In this document: piece by piece, positions 8,902 through 18,716 of the stretch
How the letters are laid out: each line of letters starts with the position of its first letter
Position numbering within the stretch: the first letter of the stretch is position 1
DNA from: a virus
Taxonomy: Duplodnaviria > Heunggongvirae > Uroviricota > Caudoviricetes
Strand: one strand, 5' to 3'
DNA: 33,525 nucleotides
IMG/VR virus record: IMGVR_UViG_2703718822_000009
Made by a program: the position numbers and the translations under genes
Notes under the pieces: model-generated
Database searches by the model: none
Told to the model about the DNA's origin: nothing
The model's input: only the letters and a program-made list of their open reading frames with translations

Positions 8902-9165
8902 TCAGGAACGCCGCGACAGTAGTTCAAGCGCATACCGGCGATCTTCCGGGCACATGGCATCAACAAGAAACTTCACCATATTGCGACCGGAGCGGGCGCC
9001 GGGGCTGAGGGTATGGGAAAAGGTCATCGTACAGACGAAGGTATGCCCGCATTCGACATCACTGCATGCACAGTACAGATCCGCAAGTTCAGGGGTTTTC
9101 CAGTCTGTCTTCCGGATGACAGCAGGTGCGCCACAGTCAGGACACCGGGCTTTAAAAATCCGCAT
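8902..9165 (-). CDS. ogr: Late transcription activator, Ogr/Delta zinc-finger family
   Basis: ORF 8902..9255(-) trimmed to the ATG at 9165 with GGAGG 5 nt upstream (MRIFKARCPDCG...). C-x2-C ... C-x4-C-x3-F cysteine pattern matches P2 Ogr as recalled. Confidence 0.85.
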   Translation of the reverse strand: MRIFKARCPDCGAPAVIRKTDWKTPELADLYCACSDVECGHTFVCTMTFSHTLSPGARSGRNMVKFLVDAMCPEDRRYALELLSRRS

Positions 9166-9202
9166 CTTACCTCCCGATAACACGTACCCAGGGGAGGACA
9201 TT

Positions 9203-10255
9203 TTACCCGACCGGTACCGCTTTTTCTTCCGCCACATGCCCGGCTTCCACATCAAAACAAAGATAAAGGTGTTCCGGTATATCGGGATCGCTGTTCACGG
9301 CGTTCATGATTTTACGCTGAAGCGGTATCACCTCATCCTTGCGGTACGTTTCACGCGTCGTTTCCGGGTTAGGGATGGTGGCTCCGTTCGTGGGGATGAT
9401 CCCCGCAAGACCGGCAGGAAAGCGGTGTGCCGTAAACACATCCTGGGCGCTGATCCCCTTGATGTTTGAAAATTCATCCTTGGCGCTCACCTCACCAATC
9501 GGAATAATTTTCACTCCATCCGGCGAACCTTTGGGGATGTTGATGTACAGATTGCGGAAATTTCCCAGCCCCTTAGACTCCGCCACCTTCTCGCGGATCT
9601 CATCCTCCATCTCCGTGGTGATCCCAGGGTCGTTCGTATACAGCAAAAACCCCATATGCGCCCCGTTGTTGTAGTAACGGCGACGAAAAAGGCTGGCCTC
9701 GCTGTTCAGCAGCGCCGAGTGAATGCCACCGATATAATCCGGCAGCCCGTAAATTTGCTGACGCGGATCATACATCCGCAGAAAGATAATATCTTCCGGC
9801 GTATAGACCAGCGCGGGGCCTTCCTGAAGCACCACGAACTCACCGGTTTTGCGGCGCCGGAGATACAGCGACGGAAGCGGCTCAAGTGCCACGACGTCGC
9901 CGAATACGTTACGCACCTTGAGCAGGGCGAGATCGCCGAACAACAGGTAGTCAAATACCGCCTGTTCCATCTGGTCCGTTGTGAGGCCACCACCGGTATA
10001 GCCCCCCGCCACCATGTTACGGCGGGCATACAGCACCCCACCGTGCTGGGCGTTAAGGTTCGGGAGCTGCGCCAGTGCCAGGCGGTTAATCGGCAGCTGC
10101 CAGTGGTTGTGTTCGTTGTCATACCAGATGTTATGGTAGTCCGTGCCGGTGGTCAGCACCGGTTCCGGCTGACCAAACGTGATTGTGCTGCCACGTGCGG
10201 GCGTGAATGCTTTTTTCGTCACGCGTGACGTTTTGTTTCTGCGTTTCTTGCTCAT
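9203..10255 (-). CDS. Portal protein, P2 gpQ-like
   Basis: ORF 9203..10276(-), about 350 aa, immediately downstream of and overlapping the large terminase gene; P2 Q/P arrangement. Start at the ATG that overlaps the P stop. Confidence 0.88.
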   Translation of the reverse strand: MSKKRRNKTSRVTKKAFTPARGSTITFGQPEPVLTTGTDYHNIWYDNEHNHWQLPINRLALAQLPNLNAQHGGVLYARRNMVAGGYTGGGLTTDQMEQAVFDYLLFGDLALLKVRNVFGDVVALEPLPSLYLRRRKTGEFVVLQEGPALVYTPEDIIFLRMYDPRQQIYGLPDYIGGIHSALLNSEASLFRRRYYNNGAHMGFLLYTNDPGITTEMEDEIREKVAESKGLGNFRNLYINIPKGSPDGVKIIPIGEVSAKDEFSNIKGISAQDVFTAHRFPAGLAGIIPTNGATIPNPETTRETYRKDEVIPLQRKIMNAVNSDPDIPEHLYLCFDVEAGHVAEEKAVPVG

Positions 10256-12078
10256 GCGGCTTTCCCGAAGGCCCATGTGGACGGGCGTTCATAGTCATAA
10301 TCTACAGGCTCATTAATCACGGCGTGCGAAATGGCAAAAAACACATCCGCATGCCCCGTAACATCCGACCGTTCCGCCACGAACGTCAGCGCGTTACCGC
10401 TTTTTGTGGTGGTGCGGCGTATGGACATGAACGACGCGGGGATCTCCGTGCGTTCACGGCTGGCCTCATCAATGGCGTCTTTCGCCCACTCGATACGCTT
10501 ATGGGCCACCACGTCTATCATTTTCATCACCAGGCGGTTTTTGCTCTCCACGCTGTAAAGAATGGCGTTAGCCTCACGTGGCGCAAAGCGACTGACGATA
10601 TCAAACACCCCTTTCCCGATACCGGTGATATCTATGCCGATATAGGTAATGTTAAAACGCTGCATCAGTTCGCGGATCTGATCGGCCTGCCAGGTGAAGT
10701 TAAATCCCTGCCACTGCCAGACGGCGAGCACACGGAACCGCTCGCCCTCATGGACAGGCGGAGCCACAATTACAAACGTGGAATTATCCCCGGACCTTGA
10801 CGGGTCAAAGCCCGCCCACACCTCACGATTGCCGAACGGACGTGCCGCCGTGGGATCGTAGTCACCCCACGTCTCCATCTCCACCTCGCACCTGACCAGT
10901 TCGGAGAACTTAAATACCGCATCCTTGCTGTCAACAAACTCGCAGCCGTACAGCATCGCGTAAGTGGTCGGATTGTAGCGGTTCCTGATACGTTCAATAT
11001 CAACCCGAGCAGACAGGCCACCCGCCACCGCCTCTTCCAGCCGGATAATGTAGCGCCAGATCCCGTCAGGGCATTCACAGCCCACACGCATCGCGCTTTC
11101 TTTCGGAAACTCAACAGCACGACGCGCCGGGTCATCCCCGCGCCAGTCGTCACCATTCCAGACCAGATAAGCCTGGTGGGTTTTGGCGCTGGGTGTGGAA
11201 AAATACGTCGTGCGGTATTTGTCGTGGGTCGCCATTGCCGAGGCCACTTCATGCAGTCGCGTGAATTTTGGGATCCAGAACACCTCATCGCCGTAAAGGT
11301 GGCCGTTAAATCCCTGGGCGGTACTGGCATTGGTGGACAGGAAACGCAGCATTGCACCATTGCTCAGACGGATATGCTTACCCGTGAGCGTGATCCCGAA
11401 CTGCAGGGCGAAGTTAATAATATATTCACGGAAGATTTCCGCCTGTACCCGTGACGCAGAAAAGAAAATCTGGTTATCACCGGTCACCACCGCATCTTCG
11501 AACGCCTCCCATGCAAAATACCAGGTCATGCCGATCTGGCGGCTCTTGAGGATGAAACGGCGCTCACGGTGCCGGTTCTCGCGGCAGTGCAGCTGGTAGG
11601 CATAAAGATTTTTACGCGCCCATTCATCCAGCATTTCAGCAGTCAGTCCGGAAACGTCGTTTTTCCGGTAGCGCCGCTTTTTCCCTTCTCCCCCGCCGCA
11701 GGTCCCCGCAGCCACGCCGTCCTCATGCCCTGCCGGACGCAGGGCGGCAATTTCCGCCATCCTTTCAGCGTGTTTGTTTTTCTGGGCGATGATCTTCACG
11801 TGCTGCGCGATAAGTTCACGCAGTTCGGCAAGTTCACACTCTGTCTTGCCCTCCCGTCCGGTCAGCACATCAATACGCCGGGCGATCACGTCCTCAACGG
11901 ATTCAGCGGGCAGCAGGGTAGCCCACTGCCCCACATCACACCAGTGGTAAACCGTGCGCGGCGGAATACCGAGTTCCGCCGCAATATCGCGGGGGTGCCA
12001 CCGCTTCAGGTAAAGCGATCGCGCCGCCTCTTTGATTTCGTCAGAATATTTAGCCATGCGCCCATTATGGCGGCGCAT
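10252..12078 (-). CDS. Terminase large (ATPase) subunit, P2 gpP-like
   Basis: 608-aa ORF upstream of the portal and divergent from the scaffold/capsid genes. Start at 12078 or 12057 unresolved. Confidence 0.88.
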   Translation of the reverse strand: MRRHNGRMAKYSDEIKEAARSLYLKRWHPRDIAAELGIPPRTVYHWCDVGQWATLLPAESVEDVIARRIDVLTGREGKTECELAELRELIAQHVKIIAQKNKHAERMAEIAALRPAGHEDGVAAGTCGGGEGKKRRYRKNDVSGLTAEMLDEWARKNLYAYQLHCRENRHRERRFILKSRQIGMTWYFAWEAFEDAVVTGDNQIFFSASRVQAEIFREYIINFALQFGITLTGKHIRLSNGAMLRFLSTNASTAQGFNGHLYGDEVFWIPKFTRLHEVASAMATHDKYRTTYFSTPSAKTHQAYLVWNGDDWRGDDPARRAVEFPKESAMRVGCECPDGIWRYIIRLEEAVAGGLSARVDIERIRNRYNPTTYAMLYGCEFVDSKDAVFKFSELVRCEVEMETWGDYDPTAARPFGNREVWAGFDPSRSGDNSTFVIVAPPVHEGERFRVLAVWQWQGFNFTWQADQIRELMQRFNITYIGIDITGIGKGVFDIVSRFAPREANAILYSVESKNRLVMKMIDVVAHKRIEWAKDAIDEASRERTEIPASFMSIRRTTTKSGNALTFVAERSDVTGHADVFFAISHAVINEPVDYDYERPSTWAFGKAA

Positions 12079-12223
12079 CCGGCCCGCATTCAGGCAGAAA
12101 ATTTCGGCTGTGTTCGGCTATTCCGTGTTATCCGAATGCAACCGAATTAATCCAGTAGCCCCCTGCCGTAAAAATCCCGACACTCACCGGAGTTCTTCAG
12201 ATTTTCACGTAAAAGAGGCCACG

Positions 12224-13272
12224 ATGCCGCAGCCAACGTTGATGACCGACTGGACATGCATCGCCACATCAGGGCCGACCGCTGACGGTCGCGAAATTGA
12301 TCCGCAGTGGCTGATTGATGCCGCTGAAACCTATTCCCGCAACACCTACACGGCGATGCTGTGGCCCTGCCATGAGAACGACACCAGTTACCGCCAGTAC
12401 ACCTTCAATCTGGGCGAAGTGGACGCGCTGAAAGTGGAAACCCGCGAGGACGGTAAAACCCGTCTTTACGCGCGACTGGTCCCTAATCAGTACCTGATTG
12501 AAGCCAACAGGCTGGGGCAAAAACTCTTCACATCAGCCGAATTAATACCGAACTTTGCCAAAAGCGGACGCGACTATCTCATGGGTGTGGCGGTGNNGAT
12601 ATCCCCGCCAGTCTGGGGACGGAAAAAATCCGCTTCACCCTGAACAACGAGGAATACACGGCACAGCGGGCGAACTGCCAGACGTTCACGCTGGGCAGCC
12701 TGTCACCGGACACCACCCCTGCCCCCCGTAAACCTGAGTCATTCCTGAAACGCCTGTTCAGCGCAGGACAGACCGACAACACCGATACCAGTAAGCCTGA
12801 TACAGGCGAGGACGCAAAAATGGACGAAATTAAAGCACTGCTTGAAAAGCTGATCACCCTGGTGGAAGGCGGCAGCGCCGCTGCCGCTGGCGAGGGCACA
12901 GCAGACACACCGGAAGAAGCAAAAGCCGAAGTCGCGGAAATCGCCGCCGAAATCGCCGATGCCGCCGCAGAGGTGGCAGAGCTGGCAGAAGAGGTGGAAG
13001 CCGCCCCGGAAGATGAGGTTAAGGCTGAAGCCTTCAGCGCCGCGAAAGCGAAGCTGGAAGACGCGATTAAAGCGTTCAGTGCCATCACACCGGAAAAAGG
13101 CGAACGTTACCGCCGCTTTGCCGCCCGTCGCCGGGACGACACCGACAAAGAAGAAATCAAAGCCATTGCCGAAAAACTTAACGACCTGACCACGAAGCTG
13201 TCAGCCACCGGCATCACGCCACGCCCGGCTGGCACACCGGCAGAAAGCGAAAAACCGTTTGACTTTGTTTAA
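12224..13272 (+). CDS. Capsid scaffolding protein, P2 gpO-like (apparent frameshift at an NN assembly ambiguity)
   Basis: ORF 12032..12643 from the ATG at 12224 (AAGAGG RBS) matches the gpO N-terminal region; reading continues across NN (12596-12597) in another frame as DIPASLGTEKIRF... into ORF 12820..13272 (acidic Ala/Glu-rich scaffold C-terminus). Confidence 0.8.
12596..12597. other. Ambiguous bases (NN), assembly uncertainty
   Basis: Two N characters inside the scaffold gene. Confidence 0.95.
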
Positions 13273-13283
13273 GGATACGCAAC

Positions 13284-14312
13284 ATGCAACTGAACCAGAA
13301 AACCGAATCACTGCTTCGTAAGTACGCTGCCGGGCTGGGTGCGGCAAACGGGGTTGACGACGTCACACGCTATTTTGCGCTGTCTGACCCGAAGGAGACC
13401 GCGCTGCGTGACGCCATCATGCACTCCGACGAGTTTTTATCAAAACTGCCGAACGTGCTGGATGTTGAACAGGTGACAGGCCAGGTGGTTACCACCGGCG
13501 TTCCGGGCCTCCATACCGGACGTAAAAAAAATGCCCGCTTCACCCTTCCGCTGGGTGTTACCGGGAATGAATACAAGCTGGCTGAAACCGATTCCGGTGC
13601 CCACCTCCTGTACACCACACTGGTCACCTGGGCAAACGCAGGCGGTGAAAACGAGTTCTTTAACCGCATTCAGAATTTTGTTAACAGACAGATCGCGCTG
13701 GATATCCTGCGCATTGCCTTTAACGGTACCAGCGTGGCCGAAGATACCGACCCGGTAACCAACAAAAACGGCGAGGACGTCAACACCGGCTGGCATGCCA
13801 TCGTCAAAGGCCGCAGCGCAAAACAGATCGTGGAGGCTGGCCCGACGCTGGGCAAGGGTGGCGACTTTATCGGGCTGGATGCAGCCGTGGCAGACCTCGT
13901 GCACACCCTCATTGATGAGTCGTATCGCGGTCATCCGGATCTGGTGGTACTGGTTGCGCCCGATCTTGTGGCACAGGACAAGGTGACGCTGCTTAACGCC
14001 ATCGACGCCCCCACGGAAAAAGTGGCCGCGCAGCTTATCGGTCGCCAGATCGCCGGGCTGACAGCATACACCCCGCCGTTCATGCCGGAAGGACGCCTGA
14101 TTGTCACCACGCTGGCAAACCTTCACATCTACACGCAGCGCGGCACCCGTCAGCGCCGTGCGGAGTGGAACGACGATCGCAAGCGTTTTGAAAACAACTA
14201 TCTGCGCATGGAAGGTTACGCCGTGGAGCACGACGAAATTTACGCGGCCTACGACAAGCTGACCATCAAGGGCGCAGAAGCGGCAGAAGAGCCCGCACCT
14301 GGCGGCGCATAA
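13284..14312 (+). CDS. Major capsid protein, P2 gpN-like
   Basis: 342-aa ORF with AAGGA RBS, between the scaffold and small terminase genes. Confidence 0.88.
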   Translation: MQLNQKTESLLRKYAAGLGAANGVDDVTRYFALSDPKETALRDAIMHSDEFLSKLPNVLDVEQVTGQVVTTGVPGLHTGRKKNARFTLPLGVTGNEYKLAETDSGAHLLYTTLVTWANAGGENEFFNRIQNFVNRQIALDILRIAFNGTSVAEDTDPVTNKNGEDVNTGWHAIVKGRSAKQIVEAGPTLGKGGDFIGLDAAVADLVHTLIDESYRGHPDLVVLVAPDLVAQDKVTLLNAIDAPTEKVAAQLIGRQIAGLTAYTPPFMPEGRLIVTTLANLHIYTQRGTRQRRAEWNDDRKRFENNYLRMEGYAVEHDEIYAAYDKLTIKGAEAAEEPAPGGA

Positions 14313-14329
14313 GCACAGAGGGCGGCGCA

Positions 14330-15028
14330 ATGACACCCTGCCAGCGACACCGGGCGAAAATCCGCACACAGGAGGCACTCGAACGCCGGGAAGCGCTGAC
14401 GGCCTCCCCGGTCAGCTTCCACCTGTTACGCGCGGAGCTTGATCGCGATGTGGCACGGCTGCGCAGTCTTCCTGTCCGCGAAGAGCGGCTGGCGTTCAAG
14501 CGCGACATTCTCCTGCCGCGCTGGCTGCCCGTCGCGGAGCGCTATATCGCTGACGGAAAGCGCCACGCCTGCCCGGTACTGGTGTACTGCATCATCTGGC
14601 TGTTCGACACGGGCGACCTGAGTCGCGCCCTTGACTGGGCAGACATTGCCATCAGTGAAGGCCAGGCCACGCCGGACAACTTCCGCAGCACCCTGCCCGC
14701 CTTCGTGGCCGACACGGTGTTGCAGTGGGCCACCGACAACAGCGAGGCCGGACACAGCATAGAGCCGTATTTTTCGCGCACCTTCAGGAACGTCACCACC
14801 ACGTGGCGGCTGCATGAGGAAATCCGCGCGAAGTGGTTCAGATTTGCCGGGCTGTATCTTCTGCGCGACGAGGCAGGCAAACCGAGAGCCACCGCGATTA
14901 ATGATACTGCCGTACTGGAAAAGGCAGACGCATACCTGGCACAGGCGGCAGCACTGAGCCGTACCGCTGGCGTAAAAAGTATCAGGGCGCGCATCAGGGC
15001 ACGCATCAGCGCCCTTAATGCAGCGTAA
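14330..15028 (+). CDS. Terminase small/endonuclease subunit, P2 gpM-like
   Basis: 232-aa ORF following the capsid gene in the conserved O-N-M-L order. Confidence 0.8.
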   Translation: MTPCQRHRAKIRTQEALERREALTASPVSFHLLRAELDRDVARLRSLPVREERLAFKRDILLPRWLPVAERYIADGKRHACPVLVYCIIWLFDTGDLSRALDWADIAISEGQATPDNFRSTLPAFVADTVLQWATDNSEAGHSIEPYFSRTFRNVTTTWRLHEEIRAKWFRFAGLYLLRDEAGKPRATAINDTAVLEKADAYLAQAAALSRTAGVKSIRARIRARISALNAA

Positions 15029-15135
15029 ACGACTACCCGCAGGGCCGGGCGGGCGCGGGAGGAGGCATCAGTGACGGAAACTGTATGGCCGTGGAATCCC
15101 GGACAGCCCGCCTTTTTATTCATATGAGGCACGTC

Positions 15136-15609
15136 ATGAGCGAACCGAGCTTCAGCGTCAGCGGTAAACCGCTGAAATCCACACCGCAGACGGTGACAAA
15201 CGGCGAGCCGTTCTGGCCGGACCTTGATCTGGCTGAGCTTCAGGGGTCACGCACGCTTCCGGCTGATTTACCCGACGACACGGCGGCCATGGCGCTGCTT
15301 GCCGCAGTGGCCGAGGTAAACACCACGCTGGCGCCGGTTGTGGCGCACTGGAAGGCGCAGGGGCATGAACGCGCCGCAGACGTACCGGGGGCCAGGCTGG
15401 GCGATGAAACCCAGCTGGTCGCACAGTACAAAAAGGCCGTTTATGCCCGTGCCAAGGCCGATCTTATGGGCGAGTTCGCCACCATTGGTCGCCGTGAAAC
15501 CTATCCGGGGCAGGAAAGCGAGGACACACGCGCCACCTTACTGGCTGAAGCCTCGCTGGTCATGCGTAACATGCTGGGGCACAGACGCGCGGGAGTGCAC
15601 ATTATATGA
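15136..15609 (+). CDS. Head completion protein, P2 gpL-like
   Basis: ORF 15085..15609 trimmed to the ATG at 15136 with GAGG RBS. Confidence 0.75.
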   Translation: MSEPSFSVSGKPLKSTPQTVTNGEPFWPDLDLAELQGSRTLPADLPDDTAAMALLAAVAEVNTTLAPVVAHWKAQGHERAADVPGARLGDETQLVAQYKKAVYARAKADLMGEFATIGRRETYPGQESEDTRATLLAEASLVMRNMLGHRRAGVHII

Positions 15610-16079
15610 ACCAGCTGGAAAGCCTGACCGCCTTCATTACCGAAAATCTGCCGCCTGACGCCATGCAGTTCTTCATGAGCAGTCAGGAAGACGCGCAGCT
15701 TATCCGCAGTCAGAAGGCGCTGGGTAACGACCAGATCCGCATGGGCGTGATGACGTACACCGGCGTGATTGCATGGGATAACTTCCCGTTCCGCAAATAC
15801 TCACCGGGGCTGGTTTACGCGCTGGTCATGGCCTGGCTGGAAGAGCACGCGGACCCGCTGAGGGAGGAATTCCGCCCGGAGGATGTGAACGTCGACCCGC
15901 AGTTTAACGACGAGGACTCGTGCCTTCTCGATATCACGGTGGGACTGGCTGACCCGCTGATCATCCGGGTGCAGGAAGAGGGTCCCGTTCCGTACAGGGG
16001 GAAACGCTGGACACTGGTTAACCCTGAAATCTGGACGGCGGAAACCATGGATCTGTTTGTCAGCAGGAGCCGCGAATGA
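15606..16079 (+). CDS. Tail completion protein, P2 gpR-like
   Basis: ATGA-coupled to gpL. The segment ALVMAWLEEHADPL...DVNVDPQFNDEDSCLLDI resembles P2 gpR as recalled. Confidence 0.6.
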   Translation: MNQLESLTAFITENLPPDAMQFFMSSQEDAQLIRSQKALGNDQIRMGVMTYTGVIAWDNFPFRKYSPGLVYALVMAWLEEHADPLREEFRPEDVNVDPQFNDEDSCLLDITVGLADPLIIRVQEEGPVPYRGKRWTLVNPEIWTAETMDLFVSRSRE

Positions 16080-16786
16080 TAAGCGGCCAGCTGAACCCGC
16101 AGCAGCTGGCAGAAGCGCAGGCGATGCTTCAGTCGCTGGATCTGCCACCAAAAAAACGCCGTCGCCTGTTATGGCGTATTGCCCGGCACGGCATTATCGC
16201 CGCTGCCAGACGCCATCAGCGCGATCAGGCCGCACCGGACGGTACAGCATGGGCACCCAGGAAACGCGGTAAGGGGAAAATGTTCAGAAAGCTGCCGCGT
16301 CTTCTGGCGGTCCGTGAGATGCCCGGACAGGATGCCGTAAAGGTTTATTTCCGTAACGGCAATCACACCAGTGGCAGGAGCCGCATCAGTGCCGGTGCCG
16401 TGGGCTGGGTTCACCACAACGGCGCAGAAATCCGGGTCAGTGCTGACAGCTTCAGCGGTCAGGACCAGAGCGGACAGACCGCCACCCGCCGACAGGCAAA
16501 ACGACTGCGGGAGCTGGGCTTTAAGGTACGTCAGAAGGGGCGCTGGCGGAAAGCATCCATGAAATACCTGTTAACGCTTTCGCGGGCGCAGGCCGGGTTG
16601 CTGATCACCGTTATGGAAGATCAGATTATCGCCGGACCACGTCAGCAGAAGGCCCGGACATGGACCATTACCCTTCCGTCGCGCGTCTTTCTGGGGGTAA
16701 CAAACGAAGAATTTTCACACATCCTGGCACGCCAGATGAACGCAATGGGCTACGGCCTGGACGTTGACGCACAGGATATCAGATAA
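16076..16786 (+). CDS. Virion morphogenesis / tail completion protein, gpS-like
   Basis: ATGA-coupled to the R-like gene; basic, Arg/Lys-rich 236-aa protein. Confidence 0.5.
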   Translation: MISGQLNPQQLAEAQAMLQSLDLPPKKRRRLLWRIARHGIIAAARRHQRDQAAPDGTAWAPRKRGKGKMFRKLPRLLAVREMPGQDAVKVYFRNGNHTSGRSRISAGAVGWVHHNGAEIRVSADSFSGQDQSGQTATRRQAKRLRELGFKVRQKGRWRKASMKYLLTLSRAQAGLLITVMEDQIIAGPRQQKARTWTITLPSRVFLGVTNEEFSHILARQMNAMGYGLDVDAQDIR

Positions 16787-16797
16787 GGAGTCACACC

Positions 16798-17943
16798 GTG
16801 AGCTGGCCGAATGTAACCGTAAGCCATCAGAACCGTTTCAACGGTGCCACCCGTGAAGTGGAGCGCACGCTGCTTTTTGTGGGCTATGGCAAAAAGAACA
16901 CAGGTAACACCCTTTCCGTCTCCCCTGAGACCGACCTGGACGACGTGCTGGGACCGGATGAAAGCCTGCTTAAATCCACGCTTACCGCCGCAATCGCCAA
17001 CGGTGGCCAGAACTGGTTTGCCTATGTTCACGTTCTGTCTGAACCCAAACCCCCGGCACCGGAGGGCGGCGACGCTAACGCCGCATGGGTGGACGCGGTG
17101 AAAAAAGCGCAGACCATTGCTTCTGCCGAGGGCGTGGTGATTGCCATTGACATCACGGCCAAAGATGCCGTTAACCGCGCCACCGAAACCCGCGCCCTGC
17201 TTCAGTCCGCTTATGGCCGTTTTGTCTGGTTCATGCTGTGCGTGGCCGGACCGGGCAAGGATGAGGCATGGGCGGCATACGTCACCCGCATCAGTGCCAT
17301 ACAGGACGGTGTGGCAGCACCTGGCGTGATGGTGGTTCCCCGCTTATGGGGAAATGAGCCCGGCGTACTGGCGGGCCGTCTCTGTAATCCTTCCGTCACC
17401 GTTGCGGACAGTCCGGCACGTGTGGCAACCGGTGCCCTGGTGGCGATGGGTAACGATGAGATCCCGCAGGACGGCAAGAAACAGCCCCTTGAGCTGGCCA
17501 CGCTGCGCTCGCTGGAAGGCAAACGCTTCAGCGTGCCCATGTGGTATCACGATTTCGACGGGCTCTACTGGTCAGACGGACGCACCCTTGATGTGGAGGG
17601 GGGAGATTACCAGGTCATCGAAAACGTGCGCGTGGTGGATAAAGTCTCCCGCCGTGTACGTCTGCGCGCCATTGCCCGCCTTGCGGATCGCGCACTCAAC
17701 AGCACACCGGGCAGCATTGCCGCCAGCCAGACATATTTCAGCCGCACGCTGCGTGAAATGGCGCTCGCCACGGAGATTAACGGCGTACCGTTCCCCGGCG
17801 AGGTTAAACCGCCACAGGACGGGGATATCACCATCGTCTGGACCAGCAGTACACACGTGCAGATTTACATTGTGGTACGCCCCTACGAGAGCGCAAAAGC
17901 CATTGGCGTAAGTATTGAACTCGACACAGCACTGGAGATCTGA
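16798..17943 (+). CDS. Putative tail sheath-like protein
   Basis: GTG start with TAAGGAG RBS; 381 aa, followed by a ~150-aa ORF; size and order mimic sheath/tube. No clear similarity to P2 FI. Confidence 0.45.
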   Translation: MSWPNVTVSHQNRFNGATREVERTLLFVGYGKKNTGNTLSVSPETDLDDVLGPDESLLKSTLTAAIANGGQNWFAYVHVLSEPKPPAPEGGDANAAWVDAVKKAQTIASAEGVVIAIDITAKDAVNRATETRALLQSAYGRFVWFMLCVAGPGKDEAWAAYVTRISAIQDGVAAPGVMVVPRLWGNEPGVLAGRLCNPSVTVADSPARVATGALVAMGNDEIPQDGKKQPLELATLRSLEGKRFSVPMWYHDFDGLYWSDGRTLDVEGGDYQVIENVRVVDKVSRRVRLRAIARLADRALNSTPGSIAASQTYFSRTLREMALATEINGVPFPGEVKPPQDGDITIVWTSSTHVQIYIVVRPYESAKAIGVSIELDTALEI

Positions 17944-17944
17944 C

Positions 17945-18406
17945 ATGGCCGGAAATGAACGTATCAGCGGCGGCGCGTTTGATATCAACTACGACGGGAT
18001 CATGATCCACGTGGAAAGCGCCACCGTCACCATCACCGACAACAGCGCCGTGGCACAGACGCGCGGCGTGCCGAACGGCTACACCCGTGGTTCCGTTTCT
18101 GCCGATGTGGAGGTGGAAGTCGACGCGCAGAACTTTAAAAAGTTTGGTGCCGTGGCCCGCTCTGCGGGGTCGTGGCGTGCCATTCCTGAAAAGGATTTTC
18201 TCTTTTATGCCAACAACGGCAGCGAGGAGGAAAAAATCGAGGTATTCGGCTGCGTCCCCATGTTGTCGGACGTGGTGAACATCAGCGCAGGTGAAGCCGG
18301 AAAGACCACGAAAAAAATCAAGTTCATGGTCACAAGCCCGGACTTTATCAGCATTGACGGCGTGCCCTACCTGTCAGCCCGTGACACCCGCGATCTGAAG
18401 GGGTGA
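17945..18406 (+). CDS. Putative tail tube-like protein
   Basis: ORF 17915..18406 trimmed to the ATG at 17945, which overlaps the upstream stop; about 153 aa. Confidence 0.4.
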   Translation: MAGNERISGGAFDINYDGIMIHVESATVTITDNSAVAQTRGVPNGYTRGSVSADVEVEVDAQNFKKFGAVARSAGSWRAIPEKDFLFYANNGSEEEKIEVFGCVPMLSDVVNISAGEAGKTTKKIKFMVTSPDFISIDGVPYLSARDTRDLKG

Positions 18407-18410
18407 TGCC

Positions 18411-18716
18411 ATGCCGGACGGTCAGACTTCACTCCTGGCAAAACTGATTATCATCGGTGCTGCCATCGGGCTGGGGCGTCTCATGGTGAGCCGCGATCGC
18501 ATCACAGCCCGTCTGCTTATCGGGCGAATGATTATGGGCTCTGCCGTGGCACCGGTTGCCGCCATTCCGCTGTTTAAATTTCCGGACATGCCGGAACTGG
18601 TTGTGGTCGGTCTGGCGTGCGCGCTGGGCATTATGGGCAGCGCCTTTATTGAAGAATGCTTTTGCCGTCTGGCAGACCGCTACCTGAAGCAGAAGGAACG
18701 CAGAAATGACCCATAA
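18411..18716 (+). CDS. Putative holin (three predicted TM segments)
   Basis: 101-aa protein with three hydrophobic stretches and a charged C-terminus (KQKERRNDP); heads a cluster containing the endolysin and spanins. Confidence 0.55.
   Translation: MPDGQTSLLAKLIIIGAAIGLGRLMVSRDRITARLLIGRMIMGSAVAPVAAIPLFKFPDMPELVVVGLACALGIMGSAFIEECFCRLADRYLKQKERRNDP

Noticed and set aside
8954-10228. Plus-strand ORFs (8954..9469, 9656..10228) opposite ogr and the portal gene
   Set aside because: Antisense to confidently assigned genes; no RBS or recognisable motifs.
12100-12150. Ogr-type late promoter dyad (TGT-N12-ACA) upstream of the scaffold gene
   Set aside because: Only an imperfect TGT-N12-ACC match (12126-12143) was found by eye; too weak to annotate without comparison to other late promoters.
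12224-13272. Scaffold gene as a frameshifted pseudogene
   Set aside because: The frame break coincides exactly with NN ambiguity characters and homology continues on both sides; an assembly artefact is the simpler explanation.
13440-14378. 312-aa ORF on the minus strand opposite the major capsid gene
   Set aside because: Lies entirely antisense to a well-supported capsid gene in GC-rich DNA where long spurious ORFs are expected; no RBS or motif.
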